Shown here in pieces: positions 7,648 through 14,492 of a DNA stretch of 64,000 bases. Where the stretch lies: assembly GCA_019828565.1 (NCBI GenBank), contig JAHDYR010000008.1, positions 124,001-188,000 on the forward strand. The letters are read 5' to 3'. The first letter of the stretch is position 1. Each line of letters opens with the position of its first letter. The position numbers were made by a program, and so were the translations under genes. The stretch comes from Carpediemonas membranifera BICM. Lineage: Eukaryota; Protista; Fornicata. The notes under the pieces are model-generated. The model saw only the letters and a program-made list of their open reading frames with translations. It made no database searches and was not told the DNA's origin.

Positions 7648-10075
7648 GCCCCCAGTCTCTCGGGATGAAGCTCGCCCCTAGGGTGATCCTACCCCTGTTC
7701 CTGGGGGCCTTGACGTTGACTATGACCTTCTCATAGTCCCTGAGGCTCTCTGCTAGGTCGTCGCAGCCCCAGACTCCTTGATGAGCCGTAGCCTCCTTCG
7801 AGGGCCACCACTCGTATAGCATGGCCATGGTTATGATGTCCTCCTCCCTTGCTGCCCCTAGGCCCTTCCTGACGCGTACCATGCGGAGCTGGTTAGCCGT
7901 GGCTCTTCCATGATGGTCCATAGTGGGCTTCTCTCCAGCACTCCTTCGTTGTCCATGATTGTGAGGGGGGGCCAGTAAGATGCCCTTCATGCCCAACAGA
8001 ACCTCCCCGAACCCGAAGCCGATGCCGAAGCGGTGTCCGTTGTCCGGGACTACGAGGATCCTGTCGCCGACTTCCCTGCTGACGTCCCTTGCGTCCCCGA
8101 TCGGGTACGTGCCGAAGATCTCAAAGGTGTCCCTCCTTGTCGCGAATTCCGGGCCTCCCATGATATCCATGCCCGGCTCCGCCTTCCCGACTGCTTCCAT
8201 GGTCTTGTCGAGTGCCTTACCCATGTAGTGGTAGACGTCTGGGGTGCTCATCCTCTCCTTGCATAGGGCCCTGATCCTGGCTGTGAAGACTACTGTATCC
8301 GCCAACCCACAGTGGTAGCAACCCGCGGTGTGTCTGTGGTACGGACAGACTCCCTTGGGCTCGCTCCTGTTCTGCCATCCATTTGACCATGTTGTTACTG
8401 CTTCCAGGTAGTTGGCCTTGTCGAGGTTGTCCCTGAGGTTTTGGCCAGCCTCCTCCTTGCCGTTGTTCTCCAGGATCTCTGGTAGCTTCTTCTCGTCCAC
8501 CAGCCTAGCTTGGAAGAATTCCCTGGTTCCTTGCTCCAGTCCATTTGTGGGGTTCGTGAGGAGGAAGCTTTCCATCTCCACCCCCTTTGCATACATGATT
8601 ATCTTCCAGCCCTCCGACCTTTCGATCCTTGCCAGCTGAGCCGCCAGGCGGTTGGCCCAGTCCCTGAAAGTATGTATGTGCTTCTCATACTCGATCGGCG
8701 GCCGCCCCGTCCCGACCTCCACGAAGGTGGCCGGCGGCAGCCCCGTCACTGCCCATGCCGTGTACCTCGCTTGGTCCATGCTTGCTGCCGGTATGTCCTG
8801 GTAATACAGGCCATGCCCGTGTCCAAGAATGTCCCCAGTGCTGAGGTCAAAGAGTACGATCCCGCCCTCAACCGGGATGGCAGGGATCCCTGCCTTCTTG
8901 ACGCCAGGGTCTGCGCACTCGAAGTCGATGGCTCCGATCACCAGCCGTTTCTCCTTGTCCTTTCTAGGCATCCTCGGCGGCTGGCTGCTGACCTTGTTTG
9001 AGTCGACCTCCTCGTCCTGGTCGATCTTGCCTTGGTTGGCCCCGACCATGTCCTTGTTCACTTCCAGGAGGCTGTCGTCGAGGCTTCTTCTGCCGGGCAT
9101 GGTGGCCTGCTGGCGTCGTTCCTCCTTGTCCTTGACATGTTGCTCCTCGTCTCCGTCGATGACCGTGCTAGCGGACGACCTGTCCAGATCGGCATGTTCG
9201 TCCCTATTGCTGCGGACCGAGGTGGCCTTGAGCACTTCCAGCCTCACCTTCCGGAACGGCGGCTCGTTGCTAAGGGGGGTCTCCTCCCCTTCGCCCAGGA
9301 TATTGGTTCTGCCCTTCAGGTAGATCCCTGACTTGTTCCATGCTGCCTGCCATATGGCCGGGGCCTCCGGTGCCTGAAGCCTGAGGATGTCCCTAGCCTC
9401 CTCCATGAAGCGGCTGATGGACCATGCTGACGTGTCGCTTAGCTCTAGGATGACCCTGTACTTGCCGTCCTCTTGCTCGTAGGCCACTCTGGTGACCGGG
9501 CCTTGGTTTGCCGGATCCCATACCTTGTCGTAAGGCACGCCTTCTACGGCCTCGTCTCCATGAGCCCCTGATACCAGTATGAACGACCCTTCGGCCTTCT
9601 TGACGCTGTCCCTGTCTACATCCCATTCGATGGGCCCATCTTCCTTCGGCTTGAGGATCGCCGTCTCGATGTCCTTCTCAGATGGCCATCTTGCCATGCC
9701 AGTGAAGCCCGCTTTCAGCGTCTTGGGCTCCAGTGCCTGTGCCATGTCCTTTGCTTCCTCGTCTCTGGGGTTGAGCGCCTCTGTGAGCATGTAGAAAAGG
9801 TCGCGGAGGCCGTGGATGCCGCATGGGTTCCTGAGGATGATGTCCTTGTTGTCAGTGACGCCGGTTGCGAAGAGGATGCGTCTGGCGTTCATGATTACTT
9901 CCTTGCGTCCTTTGGAGTTCGCATTGAGCGACTTTCCTGTAAACTTGCCTGTTCTACGAAGAAGTAGAGTCCTTGAATCGTTCCTTTCAGCGAGGAAGCT
10001 GTCCAGTAGTTCCCTGATGTCCTCCCACTGCTTCTGCGTGGACTCCCTGATCCTTGTCGGTATTTCTACCTGCAT
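7478..10075 (-). CDS. ORF1a with a Maelstrom-like DEDDh nuclease domain (~8260-8950)
   Basis: AIDFE...IPVEGGIVLFDLSTGDI...H...TGLPP...AKGVEME...CPYH...HCGLAD, the pattern of protist MAEL domains. Confidence 0.72.
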   Translation of the reverse strand: MQVEIPTRIRESTQKQWEDIRELLDSFLAERNDSRTLLLRRTGKFTGKSLNANSKGRKEVIMNARRILFATGVTDNKDIILRNPCGIHGLRDLFYMLTEALNPRDEEAKDMAQALEPKTLKAGFTGMARWPSEKDIETAILKPKEDGPIEWDVDRDSVKKAEGSFILVSGAHGDEAVEGVPYDKVWDPANQGPVTRVAYEQEDGKYRVILELSDTSAWSISRFMEEARDILRLQAPEAPAIWQAAWNKSGIYLKGRTNILGEGEETPLSNEPPFRKVRLEVLKATSVRSNRDEHADLDRSSASTVIDGDEEQHVKDKEERRQQATMPGRRSLDDSLLEVNKDMVGANQGKIDQDEEVDSNKVSSQPPRMPRKDKEKRLVIGAIDFECADPGVKKAGIPAIPVEGGIVLFDLSTGDILGHGHGLYYQDIPAASMDQARYTAWAVTGLPPATFVEVGTGRPPIEYEKHIHTFRDWANRLAAQLARIERSEGWKIIMYAKGVEMESFLLTNPTNGLEQGTREFFQARLVDEKKLPEILENNGKEEAGQNLRDNLDKANYLEAVTTWSNGWQNRSEPKGVCPYHRHTAGCYHCGLADTVVFTARIRALCKERMSTPDVYHYMGKALDKTMEAVGKAEPGMDIMGGPEFATRRDTFEIFGTYPIGDARDVSREVGDRILVVPDNGHRFGIGFGFGEVLLGMKGILLAPPHNHGQRRSAGEKPTMDHHGRATANQLRMVRVRKGLGAAREEDIITMAMLYEWWPSKEATAHQGVWGCDDLAESLRDYEKVIVNVKAPRNRGRITLGASFIPRDWGHGQGQRGWDHPKPHAQGRGQTSLGSYPGRAQSQHSQCPRHHVCPHHRRKVRTAIPK

Positions 10076-10215
10076 TGTTGAGTGCAAAATTTCTCCCCTT
10101 TCCTAGTCCATAAACTGGGTCGGAATTTTTGGGTCCGAAAGTCGGGCCACATGTACATATCCGGGTGAGGTCTCCGTCCAGGCCTTCCAGTTTCTCCCAT
10201 TGTCCATGCTCCGTA

Positions 10216-10673
10216 CTATATAGGCCATTCTTTCCAAAAAGGCGCGGTCCTAAAAATGCGTCGCCCTTTTCTGAGTAGCGGGGCCTTTCTGTGTAGTTGT
10301 TGTTGCTTTGTTCGTAGTCTCCTTTTAGCCTCTATCGACGGCCCCTGTTTCCCTTTTGTGCTGCCCTTCCTTCCTTGTGGTCTTGACAAAACCATGTAGC
10401 CGCCGGTGCTAGCACTGGCCCTCGACGGTTGTTTTCCTTTTCCTTGTAAACATACGTTCCATGAAGACACTTTGATTCCTTGGTATGGGCGTGGAGCTCC
10501 CACTCGCGCCCAGCGGTATGCCCTGATAGCAACCCTTGAATGTTCAGACAGGAGGCCAAGGCCGCTCCTTCTGAGCTCCATGGGGCACTGCCCTATCCAT
10601 ATAGGCCAGGCCTGTTGGTCCTTGTCCATCCATGATCGAAGTGTTTCCACTTTGCTGAAATCATTGGTGAACT
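10216..10673 (-). CDS. Possible upstream ORF, open through the element's 5' junction (5'-truncated?)
   Basis: The frame is open from the TSD to 10216. No recognisable motif. Confidence 0.3.
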
Positions 10674-10690
10674 GCTTCAACGCGTTGTCG
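10674..10690 (+). repeat. Target-site duplication, right copy
   Basis: Identical to 3943-3959. Confidence 0.92.
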
Positions 10691-10947
10691 TGATCACTAG
10701 TGCTCTCCCAGATTCCGCGACGAAACAACGTCTTCTTCTCGAACTACAGGCTCGTAGAATGGTCCTAGACCTCAAAGATGATAACTGGTCCGATGCCACG
10801 ACCGAGCTGTTTCAGGACCTCTTCAACAGCACAGAAAGCAAGAGCAGCCGCACCATCGCTTACTGCGCAGCGAAAGCCCGCTCTAAGGGCAGGCGTAAGG
10901 ACACCAACGGTAACATGGGGGGGTTTCACAAGAAGAAGAGAACATAA
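10690..10947 (+). pseudogene. gag-like ORF, 3' half
   Basis: In frame with 3662-3958 across the TSD. Basic C-terminus. Confidence 0.75.
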
Positions 10948-13750
10948 CAACCTCTGTTCATCAATTCCCGTCGATGAACGCGAGGTGGTGGTTATGGGAA
11001 AGGCTCGGCGCCTCGGACGAGGTGGTCGGCTGGCTCCGTCACGGCGTACCTATCAAGCTAACAGGCACTCCCCCGCCACCCACGCCACAACGGCGCCTGG
11101 ACCCACGGCTCACCCCAAAGCTCGACGAGATGGTCCGACTCGGCGTGATCTCACCCTGTACCAGCGGGCAACTCCGGCACAGTGCCCCGCTCTTCGCGGT
11201 TGCAAAGGGCGAGCACGATGTCCGCCCGGTACACGACCTACGCGACCTCAACGCAATCACTGCGGAGACGCGGGTCTTCCGGCTCTTCGGCCTAAAACGA
11301 GCAGTGCGCAACCTCAAGCGCAACGACTTCATGCTCAAGATCGACTTAGCCTCCGGCTACCACCAGATGGGTGTGGCTCCGACCGACTCCACGCTACTGG
11401 GGATCGTCCTCCCGAACGGGCAGGCGTACAGATACAACACACTAGGGTTCGGCTGGACCGCTGCCCCGTTCGTGTTCCAGTCTACGTCCATCCAGCTAGC
11501 AAAGATACTCGCGAACCGCTTCAACGTGACAATAGCGGTGTACCTCGACGACTTTCTCATCTCACATCGGTCACGTCGCCACCTAGCAGACGCCGCTCCC
11601 CAAATAGTCGCGCTCATGAGGTCGCTGGGAGCTATCCCAGGGCTCAACAAGTGCATCCTAACTCCCACACAACGCCTGGAGTACCTAGGAGTCACCATCA
11701 ACACAGCCGCCGAGACACTGCAGATTTCCAAGGACAGAGCCGATCGCTATGCAACATCAATCGAGCAGGCCCTCAGGGCCGGCAGGATCGATGCAACCGA
11801 GTGGCAACGCCTACTAGGCCGCCTCTCGTTCTTCGCAAGTACGACACAGTTCGCCAGGCTCCAGCTCAGATCACTCCAGGCCCTACATCCCGCCCCGACG
11901 CTTCACATCTCGCAGCAGATGCGTCGCCAGCTCAACAGCTGGCTAGCGCTGCTCAGAGATCGTCCATCCAGACCCTTCGCTCAGGCCAGGGCAGACTGGG
12001 AGATCAAGGACGAACTCCAGCTCTCGGTCGCATCCGACGCGTCCTCCTTCGCGTGGGGCGCCTGCCTATTCAACGGCGACCAGGGCCGCTCGGCTCAAGG
12101 CCGCTTTCCTCCCGAGTTCCGAGACTCTCATATCGGAGTCAAGGAGCTCTACGCGATTGGCCAGGCTATCAAGCTCACCCCAACCCAGCGCACCAGGACC
12201 CAACTAGCTATCTTTTCGGACAACACCGCGGCCATCGCATGGGTCAACCGCCAGGGCTCCCCATGTCTCGCCGACACGGCCATTCGACTCCTGCAGGATA
12301 TCTTCACCACGGCGAACACGAAGAATGTCGATATTCACTGCTTCCATATCGCAGGGCACCTCAATGTCCAGGCGGACCGGCTGTCGAGATTCGCAAAGCT
12401 CGATTGGCACTCACCCCGCGAGGTACTCGAGACGATAATGGCCAAGTGGGGTCCGGCGGAGATAGACGTCACTGCATCTCCGGACAAGAAGCTCGCACTG
12501 CCAGGATTCGTCAGGAAAGCTTGGTCCCTCGACGATCACGGCTTCCAGCGCTCCTGGACCGGCGCCAGGATCTATCTGGCTCCGCCGACAGCGCTCTTGG
12601 GAGCGGCACATCGTCGTCTGGAGAAGATTCGGACGCCTCAGACCCCGACTACGTCCCCTCGGACGTGGAGGTCAGCGGCAATACTCCTCTTCCCCGATCT
12701 CAACTCACCCGAAGTCAGAGCGCTGAAACGGCTGTCCCAACACAAGATGTATCTCAGAGTCCACTCCTCGCACATGCTCAACACGGAGCTATCCTGGACC
12801 GAGAGGCAAGGAAAGATCAGAATGATTGCGATGATCGTCAAGACCCGTTCGACGAACTCCTCCGCCACGACAGGCTATCTCACTTCCGAAACGAGTCATC
12901 GCGCCGCTCAGCGGCTGGCTGGGTCTCTAAGTTCGTCCTATCGCGACAGGCAGCCCTCTCCGACGCCGAACAACTCAGAGCATTCCTCCTCGCCGAGGGC
13001 GAGACCACTGGCCCGCAGAGTATCCACAGAAAGGGCTACTGGATCTGTCAAGCGGCTCCACTCGTCTCCAACTGGCGACCTCCGCCAGAAGCCAGGCAGA
13101 TCATCAAGAGTGCGGAGAACGTAGCATCTCTCGACGGCCTAACAGGAGGCGCACTACCGGTGACCAGAGCCCAGGTCCGCAAGGTCGTCGACAGGCGACG
13201 CTCCTCACCGAAAGCGTTCCAGGTAGCGCTGTTCGCTGCACTTACATTCATCTCAGTCAGCCGGGGAGGCGAGATCTTCGGCCTGACGAGAGGCGACATC
13301 TCTTTCGATGAACAGGGCAACGCTATGCTCTGGTTCCCCCGCACCAAGACGGCCAAGGGCATCCATAAGCTTATTCCTAACAGGTCATGGGACCGCTTCA
13401 ACCCGGCAAGAGCCCTCAAGGCCTGGGTCCCAACTGCGACGCGACACAATTCCGACTCGATCTGGCGCATGATCGGTCCATCGGGAGGTATATCACTCAC
13501 GTGTCCACTTGCAGCGTCCACCCTCCGCACATGGATCCACAGCGCCTTCGGCCCGAGCGTTTCATGGCACTCCTTCCGCAAGGGGGCAGCTACTGAGCTG
13601 GCAGTGGCCAACACAAACACGGAGGTCCTCCTTTCAATGGGCACGTGGTCATCTACGAAGAGCATGCTGAGGTACATGGGTAACGGGGTACGCACCCATC
13701 CAGGGGTCCAGGGTCACCTGGCCTCAATTCTACTACAACCACCACTCTAA
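10778..13750 (+). CDS. Tyrosine recombinase (long frame overlapping the whole pol ORF)
   Basis: R-K-HxxR-W-Y catalytic set in the last ~200 aa. True start unknown. Confidence 0.92.
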   Translation: MITGPMPRPSCFRTSSTAQKARAAAPSLTAQRKPALRAGVRTPTVTWGGFTRRREHNNLCSSIPVDEREVVVMGKARRLGRGGRLAPSRRTYQANRHSPATHATTAPGPTAHPKARRDGPTRRDLTLYQRATPAQCPALRGCKGRARCPPGTRPTRPQRNHCGDAGLPALRPKTSSAQPQAQRLHAQDRLSLRLPPDGCGSDRLHATGDRPPERAGVQIQHTRVRLDRCPVRVPVYVHPASKDTREPLQRDNSGVPRRLSHLTSVTSPPSRRRSPNSRAHEVAGSYPRAQQVHPNSHTTPGVPRSHHQHSRRDTADFQGQSRSLCNINRAGPQGRQDRCNRVATPTRPPLVLRKYDTVRQAPAQITPGPTSRPDASHLAADASPAQQLASAAQRSSIQTLRSGQGRLGDQGRTPALGRIRRVLLRVGRLPIQRRPGPLGSRPLSSRVPRLSYRSQGALRDWPGYQAHPNPAHQDPTSYLFGQHRGHRMGQPPGLPMSRRHGHSTPAGYLHHGEHEECRYSLLPYRRAPQCPGGPAVEIRKARLALTPRGTRDDNGQVGSGGDRRHCISGQEARTARIRQESLVPRRSRLPALLDRRQDLSGSADSALGSGTSSSGEDSDASDPDYVPSDVEVSGNTPLPRSQLTRSQSAETAVPTQDVSQSPLLAHAQHGAILDREARKDQNDCDDRQDPFDELLRHDRLSHFRNESSRRSAAGWVSKFVLSRQAALSDAEQLRAFLLAEGETTGPQSIHRKGYWICQAAPLVSNWRPPPEARQIIKSAENVASLDGLTGGALPVTRAQVRKVVDRRRSSPKAFQVALFAALTFISVSRGGEIFGLTRGDISFDEQGNAMLWFPRTKTAKGIHKLIPNRSWDRFNPARALKAWVPTATRHNSDSIWRMIGPSGGISLTCPLAASTLRTWIHSAFGPSVSWHSFRKGAATELAVANTNTEVLLSMGTWSSTKSMLRYMGNGVRTHPGVQGHLASILLQPPL
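10974..13124 (+). CDS. Reverse transcriptase - RNase H - DNA adenine methyltransferase-like polyprotein (DIRS type)
   Basis: RT: LFAVAK, RPVHDLRDLN, KIDLASGYHQ, LGFGWTAAP, YLDD, LEYLG. RNase H: SDAS/KEL/SDN/NVQADRLSR. MT-like: DW...IDVTAS...SW...IYLAPP. Confidence 0.95.
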   Translation: MNARWWLWERLGASDEVVGWLRHGVPIKLTGTPPPPTPQRRLDPRLTPKLDEMVRLGVISPCTSGQLRHSAPLFAVAKGEHDVRPVHDLRDLNAITAETRVFRLFGLKRAVRNLKRNDFMLKIDLASGYHQMGVAPTDSTLLGIVLPNGQAYRYNTLGFGWTAAPFVFQSTSIQLAKILANRFNVTIAVYLDDFLISHRSRRHLADAAPQIVALMRSLGAIPGLNKCILTPTQRLEYLGVTINTAAETLQISKDRADRYATSIEQALRAGRIDATEWQRLLGRLSFFASTTQFARLQLRSLQALHPAPTLHISQQMRRQLNSWLALLRDRPSRPFAQARADWEIKDELQLSVASDASSFAWGACLFNGDQGRSAQGRFPPEFRDSHIGVKELYAIGQAIKLTPTQRTRTQLAIFSDNTAAIAWVNRQGSPCLADTAIRLLQDIFTTANTKNVDIHCFHIAGHLNVQADRLSRFAKLDWHSPREVLETIMAKWGPAEIDVTASPDKKLALPGFVRKAWSLDDHGFQRSWTGARIYLAPPTALLGAAHRRLEKIRTPQTPTTSPRTWRSAAILLFPDLNSPEVRALKRLSQHKMYLRVHSSHMLNTELSWTERQGKIRMIAMIVKTRSTNSSATTGYLTSETSHRAAQRLAGSLSSSYRDRQPSPTPNNSEHSSSPRARPLARRVSTERATGSVKRLHSSPTGDLRQKPGRSSRVRRT

Positions 13751-13887
13751 ATCACGACGGGAGTCGTGGGGCAGTGACGATTAGCACGGTACCGACATTC
13801 TTGGACGCGAACCCTCGAGGGGTTGGTCGGGGGGCCCACCTGCGTGCCTGTGGGCCAACCATTGTTAGCACGTTGCCGGCGGGATAT

Positions 13888-13933
13888 CCCCGTTGGTTAA
13901 TGAAAAGAATGTCATGAGGCTAGGATAGCTAGC
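13888..13933 (+). repeat. Split direct repeat B1
   Basis: 46 bp identical to 14204-14249. Confidence 0.9.
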
Positions 13934-14094
13934 TGGCGCTACATCGTCAGTAAGGTTACCTCGGGTAACGGGCCCGGAGCGGAGGGCGATGCGATAGCCT
14001 CACTCCGGGCAAAAGGTGTTTCGCCGGTCAGGCGAGTCACGCAGTTTATGCGGACAGAATGGCGCAAGGTTCGGATCCGCCGGATCCGACGGCA
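13934..14094 (+). repeat. Split direct repeat A2
   Basis: Identical to 3537-3697. Diverges from the gag sequence at 14095. Confidence 0.85.
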
Positions 14095-14203
14095 CGGTAC
14101 CAGTTACGACTGGTATACTCCTTCTCCCTCGGTAAGCGGAGAGGACTTCACGTTTAACTTACACTAGCTTCCTCGTTAACATTGTGTAAATTAAGCGCCC
14201 CCC

Positions 14204-14249
14204 CCCCGTTGGTTAATGAAAAGAATGTCATGAGGCTAGGATAGCTAGC
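14204..14249 (+). repeat. Split direct repeat B2 (right end of element)
   Basis: Copy of B1 emerging from a C10 run (14198-14207) and ending in GCTAGC. Unique sequence follows. Confidence 0.9.
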
Positions 14250-14492
14250 CTTTGGGTTTGCACTAAAGTATAAGTATACAAGTCGTGGTCGGGAGCAACA
14301 TGTCTCGACGAAATTCTTCCGTCATTCGATTTGATGATGTCTGAGTTACGAAAACAGTATACAGTCAAAGGGCTATTAGGAGCATCTTCTCTTACTTATA
14401 CACATATGTCTTGAGAGACTTGTGCGACGGCGTGCATGATCGATTGTCAGAAGGTATAGTCAGAGCAATATATGGTGATAACGTGTCAGAGC

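Larger units (their letters stand above)
3960..10673 (-). mobile_element. RT-less LINE-like element, copy 2 (6714 bp): Maelstrom-like ORF1, APE endonuclease, zinc knuckle, T-rich tail
   Basis: 17-bp TSD, all long ORFs on the minus strand, purine-rich sense strand, second copy at 1-1503. Confidence 0.88.
3537..14249 (+). mobile_element. PAT-like DIRS-order retrotransposon, copy 2 (A1-gag-RT/RH/MT-YR-B1-A2-B2), with a 6.7-kb insertion in gag
   Basis: RT, RNase H, MT and YR motifs, plus the A...B-A-B split direct repeat arrangement known from PAT/Ngaro elements. Confidence 0.88.

Noticed and set aside
13048-13695. 215-aa antisense ORF over the recombinase (also 2651-3298)
   Set aside because: No motifs. 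Likely a shadow of codon bias.
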